Part shown: positions 10,378 through 21,899 of the stretch, one piece after another | Layout of the letters: each line of letters begins with the position of its first letter | Numbering within the stretch: position 1 is the first letter of the stretch | Source: an uncultured cyanobacterium | GTDB taxonomy: Bacteria; Cyanobacteriota; Cyanobacteriia; PCC-9006; JAAUQQ01 | Length of the DNA: 64,000 nucleotides | Reading direction: 5' to 3' | NCBI GenBank assembly: GCA_963718615.1 | Contig: OY970368.1 | Location: 3,072,001-3,136,000 of the forward strand | Program-made: the position numbers and the translations under genes | Notes under the pieces: model-generated | Database searches by the model: none | Told to the model about the DNA's origin: nothing | What the model saw: only the letters and a program-made list of their open reading frames with translations

Positions 10378-11235
10378 TTGCCCTGGGAACGCATCCTGAA
10401 GTGTCCCACGGATACTGGTCTCCAACGCCCACCCCCGAACCGCACCCCCAAAACGTCCCCAGAGAACAACGTCCCCAAAGAACAACGTCTCCAGAGAACT
10501 ATGTCTGCACGAGCATCTTCTGTAAGCTCATCTACTGAATATATGCGTTTGAGAGCATCGTTCGTTTACACCCTGGCGATGCTGTTTTTGATGATTGTCG
10601 CGGGGATCGTTGGGATGACCCTGGGCACAGCCCTAGGGCGTGAGGCGCTAAAGGGAGTGACCCAACCGGATTTTGGTTTGAGTAGTCGAACGATTCCCGA
10701 AGAAGAAGAATCAGGCTTGGCTGAGCCCGGTCAGGAAACCGCGTTTTTGTCAGAAGCAGAGATTCTCAAACAAGTCAAAGAGCGGGTTGCCAGCAAAGGC
10801 AAAGATCCCGTTGCAGCCGCCGTAGCCAAGGCGGAGGCGGAAGTTGAAGCCAACCAGAAAGATGAGCAGCGGCCTCAACAGATCGGCTTTCCAATTGTGA
10901 GCAAGGATGGCGGCGTGTTGATGGAAGTGGTAGGAGCGCGGCCCGACAATGGGTCCTTCATCCTAGATGTGAATTTGCGCAATGAAGGCACGAAACCAGT
11001 ACGCTTCCTTTATAGCTTTTTGGATGTGACCGACGATCGTAATCGAACCTTGAGTGCCACTGCAGAGGGGTTACCCGGTGAGCTGCAACCCCTTAGCGAT
11101 ACCTTCTCCGGCACTATCCGGATTCCCCAGGCCCTTGTAGAGGGCGTCAATACGTTGGTCATTTCCCTCACGGATTATCCAGATCAAAAGATTCAACTCA
11201 AACTGTCCGGAGTTCCCGTGCTAAAAACGGAGTAG
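10378..11235 (+). CDS. Hypothetical single-pass membrane protein (start probably 10501 or 10543)
   Basis: TM helix followed by GREALKGVTQPD and a C-terminal beta-sandwich-like region (VRFLYSFLDVTDD). Confidence 0.7.
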   Translation: MPWERILKCPTDTGLQRPPPNRTPKTSPENNVPKEQRLQRTMSARASSVSSSTEYMRLRASFVYTLAMLFLMIVAGIVGMTLGTALGREALKGVTQPDFGLSSRTIPEEEESGLAEPGQETAFLSEAEILKQVKERVASKGKDPVAAAVAKAEAEVEANQKDEQRPQQIGFPIVSKDGGVLMEVVGARPDNGSFILDVNLRNEGTKPVRFLYSFLDVTDDRNRTLSATAEGLPGELQPLSDTFSGTIRIPQALVEGVNTLVISLTDYPDQKIQLKLSGVPVLKTE

Positions 11236-11252
11236 TCCGAGTTCCATACTGA

Positions 11253-12674
11253 ATGATTCAGGCTGAAATCATGACGGTCTCTAAGGCCGCAGAACGGTTA
11301 GTCGCGGTCCTGGCGCTGATTTTACTCAATGCATTCTTTGTCGCGGCAGAGTTTTCCATCGTTGCGGTTCGACAATCTCGAATTAGCCAACTGGTGCAAC
11401 AAGGGGATATCAATGCCCGCTCGGTGCAGCGCTTACAGCAGCGCATGGAACGATTGCTTTCTACAACGCAAATTGGCATCACATTATCGAGCCTCGCCTT
11501 GGGCTGGATCGGGGAAAGCACCATTGGAGGCGTCGTCGCCTGGGGATTGTCTTATTTGCCGATGGGATATCGCTGGACTCAGTCTGAGCTTCAGTCCATC
11601 TCCCTGCCCCTTGCCTTTTTACTGGTGGCTTATTGGCAAATTGTTTTGGGAGAGCTCTGTCCTAAGGCCTTGGCGCTACTCTACCCCGAACAAATGGCAC
11701 GCGCCCTAGGTCCCTTTAGCTGGAGTATTGCCCGCTCTTTTCAGCCGCTCATTAGCCTACTCAACCACTCCACTCGTTGTCTGCTTCGTCTAGGGGGAAT
11801 TCGTTATGGTGCCGCTGAGTTTCCAGGACGGTTGAGTACTGCTGAATTGCAATTTATTATTCGCACTCAAAGCCCTACGGATCTTGAAGCCGAAGCGCAA
11901 CAGCTCCTCAGCAATGTCTTTGACTTTTCAGCGATCGCCGTCGGGGATGTGATGGTTCCCCGGTCCCAATTACTAACGCTGCCTGAAACCTTGACGCTGG
12001 CTGATTTGCTGCAAGCCGTCCAGACCACAGGCTATCGCAGCTATCCTGTGGTGGCGGATTCAGTGGATCAAGTCCTGGGTATCATTCAGCTCAAACTGTT
12101 GGCAGAACCACTACTGCAGGGCACCCTGGGGCTGCAAGATTCCCTGTTGCCTTGGATCCAGCCGGTGCAGTTCGTGCCCGAGCAAATGCTGCTGCAAGAG
12201 CTGCATATTTTGATGCAGAAACTTCAAGCCGAAGCGGTCATTGTGGTCGATGAATATGGTGGCACCGCAGGTCTGGTTACACAGGCAGATATCGTTAACG
12301 AAATTTTGGACCACCCCCTTGGCAGTGAGGCGATTCAATCGGATCCCCGTTTTCAGCAAATCGATGCGGCGACCTATCAATTGCAAGCTCAAATGGAGGT
12401 GCGCGAGGTCAATGAACGTCTGGATATTCGGCTTCCCCTGTCGATGGACTACACCACCCTAGGAGGTTTTTTAATTGATTTACTTCAGCAGGTACCAGAG
12501 CCCGGTCAAGTTGCTGTTTATGAAGATTTAGAGCTGAAGGTATTGTCGAGTGAGGGGCCGCGTCTGAACTTTATCCAAATTCGCCGCCTTGAGCCCTGGG
12601 AGCGTTTGACCACGCCTGGATCTGCCCGTTCTCCCCAAACAGAGCCGCCTCGTTCTAGAACTCGACCAGAATAG
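11253..12674 (+). CDS. Hemolysin/CNNM family protein (DUF21-CBS-CorC)
   Basis: LNAFFVAAEFSIV, LSTTQIGIT, GELCPK, CBS pair with VVDEYGGTAGLVT, CorC-like YTTLGGF. Confidence 0.92.
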   Translation: MIQAEIMTVSKAAERLVAVLALILLNAFFVAAEFSIVAVRQSRISQLVQQGDINARSVQRLQQRMERLLSTTQIGITLSSLALGWIGESTIGGVVAWGLSYLPMGYRWTQSELQSISLPLAFLLVAYWQIVLGELCPKALALLYPEQMARALGPFSWSIARSFQPLISLLNHSTRCLLRLGGIRYGAAEFPGRLSTAELQFIIRTQSPTDLEAEAQQLLSNVFDFSAIAVGDVMVPRSQLLTLPETLTLADLLQAVQTTGYRSYPVVADSVDQVLGIIQLKLLAEPLLQGTLGLQDSLLPWIQPVQFVPEQMLLQELHILMQKLQAEAVIVVDEYGGTAGLVTQADIVNEILDHPLGSEAIQSDPRFQQIDAATYQLQAQMEVREVNERLDIRLPLSMDYTTLGGFLIDLLQQVPEPGQVAVYEDLELKVLSSEGPRLNFIQIRRLEPWERLTTPGSARSPQTEPPRSRTRPE

Positions 12675-12913
12675 GCGACAGAGAATAGGTTGCAGAAAAT
12701 TGGCTACAGAAAATTGTGGATCGGAGGATGGGCCAGAAAGATTGCTGGAACGTTGGAATTCTTCACAAATAGAGACACCATGTTAGTATCTGGATGATCT
12801 TGTCCGAGCTTAAGCCTAGGTTTGGATTGGTATGGGGTAAACCCAGCCCAGCATGGAGGGTCTCTAGGATTATTCCGACCGTGGTTGAGGAGTGAATCGG
12901 AGTATAAAAGCGC

Positions 12914-14020
12914 ATGTCCGCGAGACAAGCTGATTTTTCGACGCAGTTTTCTAGTTATCCCCATTGCCCTATCCCGGTTCGGGTGGGAGTAATTGGGGTC
13001 GGCAATATGGGCCAACACCATACCCGTGTGCTGAGCCTGCTGAAGGATGTGGAGTTGGTGGGAGTTTCTGATGTCTCTCTAGAGCGGGGCCTTGATACTG
13101 CGGCCAAGTATGGCGTGCGGTTTTTTGAGGATTATCGAGACCTGTTGCCCTATGTAGATGCGGTCTGTATTGCGGTGCCAACGCGGCATCACTTTCCCGT
13201 GGGCATGTCCTGCCTGAAGGCGGGGGTGCATGTGCTGATTGAAAAGCCGATCGCCTCGACGATTCACGAAGCGGAACTGCTGGTCAATGCAGCGGCAGAG
13301 CAGCAGTGTATTTTGCAGGTGGGCCATATTGAGCGCTTTAATCCAGCGTTTCAAGAGCTGAGCAAGGTTTTGCAGACGGAGCAACTGCTGGCTCTAGAGG
13401 CCCATCGCATGAGTCCCCATGCTGATCGCGCCAATGATGTTTCGGTGGTCTTGGATTTGATGATCCATGATATCGATTTGATGTTGGAGCTGGCCAAGGC
13501 TCCGGTCTCGAAACTGACGGCGAGCGGGAGTCGGGCTTCAGATTCCGGTTATCTAGATTATGTAACGGCGACGATCGGGTTTACCAATGGCATCGTGGCG
13601 ACGCTCACTGCGAGTAAAGTAACTCATCGCAAGATTCGTCGGATTGCGGCCCATTGTCGTAACTCGTTAACGGAAGCCGATTTTCTTAATAACGAAATTC
13701 TGATTCATCGCCAAGTTACGGGCAATTATTCAACCAATTATGGTCAAGTGCTGTATCGCCAAGATGGTTTGGTTGAGCAGGTCTATACGAGCAATATTGA
13801 ACCGCTGAATGCCGAACTTGAGCATTTTGTCGGCTGTGTGCGTGGGGGCAGTCAGCCCTCCGTGGGGGGTGAGCAGGCGCTCAAGGCGTTACGGCTGGCT
13901 AGCTCCATTGAGCAAATGGCGCTGGAGAGTATGGCTTGGACCGCCCAGGAGAAGGGTGAGGACCTGTCGGATGTGCTGGAGGAGGCTGCGGAATTGGTGG
14001 CGATCGCCGCCGCCAGCTAA
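12914..14020 (+). CDS. Gfo/Idh/MocA family oxidoreductase
   Basis: GVIGVGNMG Rossmann motif, LIEKP, VGHIERFNP, DLMIHDID. Confidence 0.93.
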   Translation: MSARQADFSTQFSSYPHCPIPVRVGVIGVGNMGQHHTRVLSLLKDVELVGVSDVSLERGLDTAAKYGVRFFEDYRDLLPYVDAVCIAVPTRHHFPVGMSCLKAGVHVLIEKPIASTIHEAELLVNAAAEQQCILQVGHIERFNPAFQELSKVLQTEQLLALEAHRMSPHADRANDVSVVLDLMIHDIDLMLELAKAPVSKLTASGSRASDSGYLDYVTATIGFTNGIVATLTASKVTHRKIRRIAAHCRNSLTEADFLNNEILIHRQVTGNYSTNYGQVLYRQDGLVEQVYTSNIEPLNAELEHFVGCVRGGSQPSVGGEQALKALRLASSIEQMALESMAWTAQEKGEDLSDVLEEAAELVAIAAAS

Positions 14021-14034
14021 GACACTTCCCTCAG

Positions 14035-14976
14035 CTAAGACAGCTTGCCCCTGATCAAATCCACCACTATCTCGTTCCCCGCTGGACTGAGATGAATATG
14101 GTCTCGGTAGAGTGACTCTCCTGTGGCTTTACCCTGCTCGATCTGCTGGTTAAATTGGGGCAAAACATCGACAAACCGAATCTCCTGGGCCTGTACAAAC
14201 GCCAGGAGACGTTGTCGTTCTTTCTGCTCGTAGTCTAAGGGACCGCCATTGACGCTGAGTTCCCGTTTGAGGGGAGTCATCAGCAGGAGGAACTGGGCTT
14301 GATTGGCCTGGGCGATCGCCTGGATTTGGGCAATGGCTGCAAGGTTGCGCTCAACGCGATCGCCTTCTTCCTGGCGGGACTGTTCCAAAATAGGATCGGA
14401 TTTAGGGCGAATCAGATAGCGACCGAGGAGTTCCGTGAGGGCAGAAAAGGGAGGGCGATCGGGATAGTTGCGATCGCGTCCAACGGGAATCGCTGTAGGC
14501 GCAACCGCGAACAAATCATCGGTATTGATTACCAATACCAACGTCTCCGCGCCAAAACAGCTAAACCGTTCCAGATAGGCCAACTCGTTGCGGGGTCCCC
14601 AGGAGTTGGCGGAGGCATTGATCACCTGAGTCGTCGCCCTGTCTCGATTGAGCTGCTTTTCTAGGAGAGACGAAAGAATTTGCCCTTGGTCCGTCCACCA
14701 ACCCCCATTGACAATGGAGTCTCCAATTAGAAAAATGCGTCGCGTTGAGTCTAAGGGCTGCGGTGAAATCGGTGCTGTTCGCATCGAATATTCATTGACT
14801 TGAATACGATTGCCAAATCGTTTCACCCGCTGATTGGGCTTGAGTAAATAGCCGATTTGAGGATCACCCACGTATAGCAGCGGTGTTCCAAAGCCAAAGC
14901 CCAGGCGCAAACCTAGCTCCAGCAAAAATAGCAGTCCGAGACTTAGACCGACAACAAGGAAGAAAATTTTCATCAT
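14035..14976 (-). CDS. SGNH/GDSL hydrolase family protein
   Basis: N-terminal anchor, LIGDS block I, INASANSWG, C-terminal DHIHLSPAG. Confidence 0.85.
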   Translation of the reverse strand: MMKIFFLVVGLSLGLLFLLELGLRLGFGFGTPLLYVGDPQIGYLLKPNQRVKRFGNRIQVNEYSMRTAPISPQPLDSTRRIFLIGDSIVNGGWWTDQGQILSSLLEKQLNRDRATTQVINASANSWGPRNELAYLERFSCFGAETLVLVINTDDLFAVAPTAIPVGRDRNYPDRPPFSALTELLGRYLIRPKSDPILEQSRQEEGDRVERNLAAIAQIQAIAQANQAQFLLLMTPLKRELSVNGGPLDYEQKERQRLLAFVQAQEIRFVDVLPQFNQQIEQGKATGESLYRDHIHLSPAGNEIVVDLIRGKLS

Positions 14977-15300
14977 GGGGGCAACTCAGCGGAGGATAGC
15001 CGAATATCGGGTAGGGACCTGTCTCAGCCTCAGGATGCCCATTTTCTTTCATGGAATTTTCCATGCAGTTTTCCATGCCATTTGCGCCGTTCGTTGACCA
15101 ATACCATAGCCCCAAAAAAGGCATCGTCATCTATCCATAGATAGATTATCTTTCTCCTGAAAATATGCGGCTCGGCTTGTGTTCCCAGACTTCCCGATGG
15201 GCACTATACACATACCCCCAGCTAAAACTTCTCCCATTTTCAGATTTGACCTTGCTTTTTCGATTGAGGTCGCTTGTATTAATTTCGTTGGGCAAAGCCT

Positions 15301-16626
15301 ATGCCGATTGTTGCCGGTCACCACGCTATTTTAGAGACTTTGACAGCTGAGCAGTTGTCTCTGCGACTCCAAGAGGTATTGAGAGCCGCGCCTCGCGGTT
15401 CCGTTGCGCTTACCAATGCCACAGGGGAGGAAATTGGCTGTTTGTGGTTTCAGCAGGGCTATCTGCTCTGGACTACGGGCGGAGAGCACCGCTGGAAGCG
15501 CTGGAAGCGGTTGGTCAGGCAACATTGTCTTGGCTTAGACCCTTTCCCGGACGATGCAGCTCAAGCGGGAACGTTGTTTTCAGGCTCGTCTGTTTTAGAG
15601 GCGTTGTCTTGGGAGTTGGCCATGCTAGAGCGTTGGGTTCAGCGGCAATCCCTGGCTCCTGAGGCGGCCCGAGGATTAGTGCAAGCGAGCCTGCTGGAGG
15701 GGCTATTTGATATTTTTCAAGCAGCAGCACTGGTCAGCCGGATGACCATTCAGCTCCAGGAAGAACCGATCGCGGTCGGCAGCCGAGTCCTGGAAGGCAG
15801 TGTCAATGGATTAACACTTCTCAATACGGCCTTGCAAACTTGGCAAGCTTGGTCTGCTGCGGGGCTATCGGCCTATGGGCCGAATCTTGCGCCAGTGGTT
15901 CGTAATGCCGATGCGCTGCAACAGCGGACCTCACCGCAGACCTACCAGACCTTGGTGAGTTTGTTAAATGGCCAATGTACGCTGCGGGATTTGGCCGTCT
16001 TTATGAAACAGGATCTGCAAATGCTGACCCAGACCTTGGTGGCCTATGCCCAATGGGATTTGATTGGGCTGGAGGCGATCGCCGACCTGCCAGCCCCCGC
16101 CACGTCACGCCTCAATTCCACGGCAAATTCTACGGCAAATCCAGCAGCTATCCCATCAACGCCCTCAGTGGTGGGAAACACTGCTGCGACCTCAGCGGGA
16201 ACCATAAACTTTGTCGCCGACGCAGTCTCTGATGCACCGCTGATCTGCTGCATTGATGACAATCCCAAGGTTTGTGAAATGCTCGGCAAAATCCTGATGA
16301 GTGCAGGCTATCGATATGCCAGCGTTCAAGATTCACTCCAAGCCTTGCCCGTTTTACTGGAGGAAAAACCCGATTTGATCTTTTTAGATTTGGTCATGCC
16401 CGTGGCCAGTGGCTACGAGGTCTGTACCCAAATTCGCCGCATTTCAACCTTTAAAGATACCCCCATTGTCATTTTGACGGGCAATGACGGCATCGTCGAT
16501 CGCATTCGAGCCAAGGCATCGGGATCAACGGACTTTATTTCAAAACCCCTGGATGTACAAAAAGTCCTATCTACGATTCGCCGCTATATCCCCGATCGGG
16601 TTCCAGCGGCTGCGATGGGCGTATAG
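15301..16626 (+). CDS. PatA-family response regulator (PATAN + receiver), PixG/TaxP-like
   Basis: N-terminal PATAN/DUF4388-like region; receiver ICCIDD..IFLDLVMP..ILTG..FISKP; first gene of the chemosensory cluster. Confidence 0.88.
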   Translation: MPIVAGHHAILETLTAEQLSLRLQEVLRAAPRGSVALTNATGEEIGCLWFQQGYLLWTTGGEHRWKRWKRLVRQHCLGLDPFPDDAAQAGTLFSGSSVLEALSWELAMLERWVQRQSLAPEAARGLVQASLLEGLFDIFQAAALVSRMTIQLQEEPIAVGSRVLEGSVNGLTLLNTALQTWQAWSAAGLSAYGPNLAPVVRNADALQQRTSPQTYQTLVSLLNGQCTLRDLAVFMKQDLQMLTQTLVAYAQWDLIGLEAIADLPAPATSRLNSTANSTANPAAIPSTPSVVGNTAATSAGTINFVADAVSDAPLICCIDDNPKVCEMLGKILMSAGYRYASVQDSLQALPVLLEEKPDLIFLDLVMPVASGYEVCTQIRRISTFKDTPIVILTGNDGIVDRIRAKASGSTDFISKPLDVQKVLSTIRRYIPDRVPAAAMGV

Positions 16627-16729
16627 GCACTGGGAATAGGTACTGGAAATAGGTACTGGAAATTGCCACTAGCCCCCTCAAATTCTCCCCTTAACGTTGT
16701 CAAACTGACTTTCTTGAAACGCCATTCCT

Positions 16730-17095
16730 ATGAATACCGCCCTTCTTGTTGAAGACAGCATTACCGAAGTCGAAATCATCACACGCTATCTCAAGCAGAT
16801 TGGCTTGAAGGTGGTGCGAGCTGGCAGTTGTGAAGAGGCCAAGGCTTGCCTGACCCAAGAACGCCCCGACTTGATCATTTTAGATGTGATTTTGCCGGGA
16901 CAAAGTGGGTTTGAACTCTGCCGGGAGCTAAAAAGCAACCCTCAAACGGATACCATTCCGGTCATGATTTGCTCCACCAAAAACACTGAGGCGGACAAGC
17001 TTTGGGGTGACATGTTAGGGGCTGATGCCTATTGTCCCAAGCCCGTCGATCCTCAGCAATTTGAAACGATTGTCCGCCAATTGGTTCAGGTTTAA
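16730..17095 (+). CDS. CheY-like single-domain response regulator (PixH-like)
   Basis: LLVEDS, IILDVILP, CSTK, YCPKP. Confidence 0.92.
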   Translation: MNTALLVEDSITEVEIITRYLKQIGLKVVRAGSCEEAKACLTQERPDLIILDVILPGQSGFELCRELKSNPQTDTIPVMICSTKNTEADKLWGDMLGADAYCPKPVDPQQFETIVRQLVQV

Positions 17096-17099
17096 GCCA

Positions 17100-17699
17100 A
17101 TGCTTTCCTCTCCTTCACCCTCCATCGATTCTAGTAATGCCCTTTGGCAATGGCTTAGTCAGGGTACGGATCAGCCCCTCACCCCAGCGGTTCGAGAGGA
17201 TCTACCCCTAGAGGAGGAGCGGTTCTTGCGGTTTCATCTGAACGCGGATGAGACGGCGCTGCTTTCCCTCAAAAGCATTCAAGAAGTTTCGCAAATTCCC
17301 CGGCGCGGGGTGCTGCCGGTCCCGGAGGTGGCTCCTGCGGTTCTGGGCGTTGCCAATTGTCGTGGTGCCCTGTTGTGGTTAGTGGATCTCCCTCGGCTGT
17401 TAGGTGTTGAGTCTTCGCCAACATTGCCAACCGACCCGTCTACAACCTTAAGAGCCCTACCAACGGTTGCCCCGTTTCTGCACACCATCACGATTACGGC
17501 AGAGAGTCAAAGTGTGGGATTGGTGGTGCCTTTGGTCCTAGATCTAGAGTCCTACGATCCTCGACAAATCCATCCTGCCACTGCCGAATTGGTCCCAACC
17601 CATCTTCTGCCCTTTCTTGAGGGGTCTCTGCTGAGCTCTGGAAGCCCTGTCCTCAGTGCAAGGGCGGTGCTTGAAACCTTACAAATGCAGCCCATTTAA
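17100..17699 (+). CDS. CheW-like coupling protein (PixI-like)
   Basis: LPVPEVAPAVLGVANCRGALLWLVDL motif; ATG at 17100 preferred over the overlapping upstream start. Confidence 0.85.
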   Translation: MLSSPSPSIDSSNALWQWLSQGTDQPLTPAVREDLPLEEERFLRFHLNADETALLSLKSIQEVSQIPRRGVLPVPEVAPAVLGVANCRGALLWLVDLPRLLGVESSPTLPTDPSTTLRALPTVAPFLHTITITAESQSVGLVVPLVLDLESYDPRQIHPATAELVPTHLLPFLEGSLLSSGSPVLSARAVLETLQMQPI

Positions 17700-17735
17700 G
17701 AGCCCATTTAAGATTTTTACGACTCACACTCTGTC

Positions 17736-20700
17736 ATGAATATTTTCAACCGCAAACGTGCCCACGCTCCTGAGGACAGTGACTCTCGTTCCAAATCTCT
17801 CCCAAAATCTCTCCCCTCCGCTTCATCTGCTCTGCCATCTGGAGGCCACCCTCCCACTGCAAAGGCGGATCTCAGCCTCAAGGAAGTCTTTATCTATGAA
17901 GAGGATGAAGCCTCTGAAATCCTTGCAACGCGGCCCATGGGAAATGCCTCAATCCCCGCCAATGCCATCCAGACAGAAGGGCGAGCTTCGATAGAGCCTC
18001 CGGTTCGAACCTATGTGGAGTCCCTGCGGCTAAGCGGGGGAAGTCCAGAAGCAGAGATGCAGGGCGATCGCCCTTCTAATGCCGATTCAAACACCGATTC
18101 AACTCATTCAGGATATCCCGTCATGGCAAGCGGCAACTATAACGGTCAATCATCAATGGCAACTCCCTATTCCCTCTTGCCCGGTGAAGCTGGACGTGAC
18201 CATGGTCCTGCGGGTACGGCCTCAGCCTCCGGAGAGGGTGCACTGAATGAGGCGGTGATTACGGCGGTGGAGCAACAGGTGCGTCACAACGTCATGGTGG
18301 CGAGTCAAGAGGAATTGAAGCAAGGTCGTCAGCAGCTTCAAACCATTGCCGCAGCGATTCGCAAAGCCAATGATCGGGAAACGGTGCTGAAGGCAGCGGT
18401 CATGGCTTTACGGGAGGCCCTGAAGAGCGATCGCGTCCTTTTTTGTCGCTGCACAGCTCCGGAGCAAGGCATCGTTGAAGCAGAATCCTTGGCAACGGGC
18501 TGGACACCGACCCAGGGGCAATATTTGCCGGTGTTGTTTTTTGGGGGAGAAACCCTTGAAGATTATCAAAATGGCCATGTCTATGCCTTTACACGTAGCC
18601 AAAGCCTAGAGTTTTCACCCTACCAAATTCAACTGTTTGAACAGTATCAAGTGAAGGCCAGCTTGGCGCTGCCAGTGATCTTGAATGAAAAACCTTGGGG
18701 TTTTTTAGTAACCCATCAATGTGGTCAGTATCGCCAGTGGCGAGAAACAGAAATTGACCTGATCTATCAAGTGGTGACTGAAATTCGGCTGAAGCTACAA
18801 GCGCTGGAATTTGAACAGGAATTTAAGCACCAGGTTGACCATGGCGCGGCCCTGGTAAAGGTGATTCAAAAAATTCAGCAGGCCACGGATGTTGAAGGCA
18901 TTTTTCGGACAGCCACGGCGGAATTGCGCAAGGCTTTGAATTGCGATCGCACCGCCATCTATCGCTTTAACGAAGACTGGACTGGCGAAGTTCTGGCGGA
19001 ATCGGTCGGTGCCGGATGGTTATCCCTCTTGAAGGAACAGGCCCGTGATTCCCAGACCTACGCGGATTTGATGCCGGAGGATTGCACGTTTGTGAATCTC
19101 TATCCCGGTGATCAGCAAATCATTACCTTTGAGCAGGAAGATGCGCTGCTACGCGACAGTGGTGGCGGTCAGTTTAACCAAGGCGTTCCCTTCCGCAAGA
19201 TTGATGATGTTTACGCCATGGGCTTCTCGGAATGCTATTTACAAATGTGTATGGAGAAGTTCCAGTGTCGAGCCTATATCCATGCACCGATTTTCCAAGA
19301 TGGCAAACTTTGGGGGATTCTTTGCGCCTATCAAAACGATGGCCCGCGTCAATGGACGATGGGAGAAGTCAATCTGTTGGTCAATCTGACGACCCCGCTG
19401 AATACGGCCCTCCAGCAAGCTCGAACCGTCCAACAAATGCAGGAGCAAACCCGGCAACTGTTTGAGGCAGCCAAGCGGGAGCAATTGGTCAGCAGCATGG
19501 TCAATCGGATTCACCAGTCCTTGGATGTGGGCCAAGTGTTTAAGACGACAACCCAGGAAGTGCGCCGCTTTTTGAAGTGCGATCGCGCCGTAGTCTATCG
19601 GTTTAACGAAGATTGGAGCGGTGAATTCATCGCCGAATCGGTGGGTTCTCGCCTCAACTCAATTCTGGGCAAAGGTTTTAGTGCGGAAATGGGCAACTGC
19701 CACAGCCTCACTAGCCTCTATCCCGGTGGTGTACCCCTGGATAGTCGGGACCCGAGAATTGCGGACTATAGCCGGGAGCATGGTCGCGATTACAACCGCA
19801 GCGGTTTCTTCCTGGATGATGTCGAAGCCTACGATCTCCCCGGCGATTTTCTCGACCAGATGGAGATGATTGGGGCACGGGCCTATTTGATGTCCGGTAT
19901 TTTTGTTGACGATCGCCTTTGGGGCATGCTGGCGGTGTATCACAGTCGTCCCTACCCTTGGCAGGAGGGCGATCGCCAACTCATGGCCCAAATTGCCAGC
20001 CAGTGCGGCTTAGCACTTCAGCAAGCGGAAGCGGTTGAAAAACTGAAACAGCAGTCCGAAAAACTGCAAGAGGCAGCAGAACGGGAACAGTCGGTCACTA
20101 GTTTGATTAACCGCATTCGCGAAAATCAAAAAACCGATTGGGTGTTCCGCACGGCGACCCAGGAAGTTCGCCGATTGCTGAGTTGTGATCGCACCGTCAT
20201 CTATCGGTTCAACGAAGATTGGAGCGGCGAAGTGGTTGCTGAATCCGTGGGGGGCGGCTGGATGCCCTTGCTACAACTCCAAAGCCAGGATGTTTCAATC
20301 CGTCAAGAGCTGATGTCTTCGGATACTTGTGTGGTCAAGTATTACGACGATGCCACGGTCCGGGATGAGAAATTTTACCAACAAGATACCTACCTGCGTG
20401 ATACTCGGGGCGGTGAATATGCCAAAGGGGCACGGTTCCGTCGGGTCGATGATGTCAAAGCCATGAACTTCCCGCTGTGCTACGCCCAAACCCTGGAGAA
20501 ATTCCAGTGCAAAGCCTACATCAACGTTCCGATTTTCCAAGGGGCAAAGCTTTGGGGATTGATGGCCGCTTACCAAAACGACAGCCCCCGCGAATGGCAA
20601 GAGGCAGACATCAATCTACTGTTGCAAATCGCCCCCCAGATTGGCTTGGCTCTCCAACAGTCCGAATACCTAGAGCAGCTTGAAGACCAGACACGGAAAC

Positions 20701-21725
20701 TACAAGAGTCTGCCGATCGCGACAAAGCAGCCAAGGAGCAGTTGCAGCAGCAGGTGGTGCAGTTGCTTAAGGCCGTGCGTCCGGCGCTGAGCGGCGACTT
20801 GACCGTGCGCGCGCCCATTACCGAAGATGCGGTGGGAACTGTGGCGGATGCCTACAACAACACGATTCACGCCCTGCGGCAAATTGTGGTTCAGGTGAAA
20901 GACGTGGCGACCCAGGTGGGGAGTACCTCGAAAACCAACAGCGAGGCGATCGCCCAACTCTCCCAACAATCCCAACAGGAAAAGCAGGTGATTGAACAGG
21001 CCCTGACGGAAATTCAGAGCATGCGCAGCGCCACCCAGGCAGTCACGACGGAGGCGGAGAAAGTTGAGGCGGCGGTCCAACAGGCTAACCAGGTAGTGAC
21101 CCGAGGGGATGCGGCGATGAATCGCACCGTCGATGGTATCCTGGCGATTCGGGCAACGGTGTCGGAAACCAGCAAGAAGATCAAGCGCCTGAGCGAATCG
21201 TCCCAGAAGATCTCCCGCGTGGTCAGTCTGATTGGGGATTTCACGACCCAAACCCAGCTCTTGGCGCTGAATGCAGCGATCGAAGCTACCCGCGCGGGCG
21301 AATATGGTCGGGGCTTTGCCGTGGTGGCCGACGAAGTGCGTTCCCTGGCTCGCCAATCCGCAGAAGCGACGACGGAAATCGAAAAACTCGTCCAGGAAAT
21401 CCAGGCGGAAACCAGCTCCGTGACCGAGGCCATGGACACGGGCATTGACCAGGTGGTCAGCGGTACGAATTTGGTCAACGAAACCCGCTCCAGCTTGACG
21501 GAAATCGTCGAAGCCACGGCCAAGATCAGCGAATTTGTCGAAGGCATCACTGCCTCCGCCGCCACCCAGAATCAACAGTTCCAATCCGTAGCCGAAGTCA
21601 TGACCGGCGTCACCCGGTTGGCCACCAAGACCTCCGAAGATTCCCTAGAAATCTCCGAGTCCTTCCAGGAACTGCTGGCGACGGCGGAATCCCTCCAAGC
21701 GACCGTCGGCAAATTCAAAGTCTAG
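17736..21725 (+). CDS. Soluble cyanobacteriochrome methyl-accepting chemotaxis photoreceptor (4 GAF + HAMP + MCP), PixJ/PtxD-like
   Basis: Four GAF repeats (three with CDRxxxYRFNEDWxGE); HAMP GDLTVRA; [37 protein letters not shown]; no TM helices. Confidence 0.93.
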   Translation: MNIFNRKRAHAPEDSDSRSKSLPKSLPSASSALPSGGHPPTAKADLSLKEVFIYEEDEASEILATRPMGNASIPANAIQTEGRASIEPPVRTYVESLRLSGGSPEAEMQGDRPSNADSNTDSTHSGYPVMASGNYNGQSSMATPYSLLPGEAGRDHGPAGTASASGEGALNEAVITAVEQQVRHNVMVASQEELKQGRQQLQTIAAAIRKANDRETVLKAAVMALREALKSDRVLFCRCTAPEQGIVEAESLATGWTPTQGQYLPVLFFGGETLEDYQNGHVYAFTRSQSLEFSPYQIQLFEQYQVKASLALPVILNEKPWGFLVTHQCGQYRQWRETEIDLIYQVVTEIRLKLQALEFEQEFKHQVDHGAALVKVIQKIQQATDVEGIFRTATAELRKALNCDRTAIYRFNEDWTGEVLAESVGAGWLSLLKEQARDSQTYADLMPEDCTFVNLYPGDQQIITFEQEDALLRDSGGGQFNQGVPFRKIDDVYAMGFSECYLQMCMEKFQCRAYIHAPIFQDGKLWGILCAYQNDGPRQWTMGEVNLLVNLTTPLNTALQQARTVQQMQEQTRQLFEAAKREQLVSSMVNRIHQSLDVGQVFKTTTQEVRRFLKCDRAVVYRFNEDWSGEFIAESVGSRLNSILGKGFSAEMGNCHSLTSLYPGGVPLDSRDPRIADYSREHGRDYNRSGFFLDDVEAYDLPGDFLDQMEMIGARAYLMSGIFVDDRLWGMLAVYHSRPYPWQEGDRQLMAQIASQCGLALQQAEAVEKLKQQSEKLQEAAEREQSVTSLINRIRENQKTDWVFRTATQEVRRLLSCDRTVIYRFNEDWSGEVVAESVGGGWMPLLQLQSQDVSIRQELMSSDTCVVKYYDDATVRDEKFYQQDTYLRDTRGGEYAKGARFRRVDDVKAMNFPLCYAQTLEKFQCKAYINVPIFQGAKLWGLMAAYQNDSPREWQEADINLLLQIAPQIGLALQQSEYLEQLEDQTRKLQESADRDKAAKEQLQQQVVQLLKAVRPALSGDLTVRAPITEDAVGTVADAYNNTIHALRQIVVQVKDVATQVGSTSKTNSEAIAQLSQQSQQEKQVIEQALTEIQSMRSATQAVTTEAEKVEAAVQQANQVVTRGDAAMNRTVDGILAIRATVSETSKKIKRLSESSQKISRVVSLIGDFTTQTQLLALNAAIEATRAGEYGRGFAVVADEVRSLARQSAEATTEIEKLVQEIQAETSSVTEAMDTGIDQVVSGTNLVNETRSSLTEIVEATAKISEFVEGITASAATQNQQFQSVAEVMTGVTRLATKTSEDSLEISESFQELLATAESLQATVGKFKV

Positions 21726-21760
21726 CGGACCTACGGTTGAAACCCGGATCTCTGGTGAAA

Positions 21761-21821
21761 GGCAGGTTTGGCCAAGGGCTTGGGTCTACTCCCTCGTCTT
21801 CAGGTCAAAACCTGCCCCTAC
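21761..21821 (-). repeat. GTAG-type REP-like palindrome
   Basis: Minus strand GTAGGGGCAGGTTT...AAACCTGCC; 9-bp inverted repeat GGCAGGTTT/AAACCTGCC between the MCP and CheA genes. Confidence 0.55.
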
Positions 21822-21899
21822 CGGCTCCTCCTGAGCTTGATTAAATTCGTATTCCTTGGATTGATTTGCGATCGCCCGTCCCACTCACGTCTCCCTGTC

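Noticed and set aside
20700-21584. 294-aa and 183-aa minus-strand ORFs
   Set aside because: Antisense to the conserved MCP signalling domain; explained by codon bias
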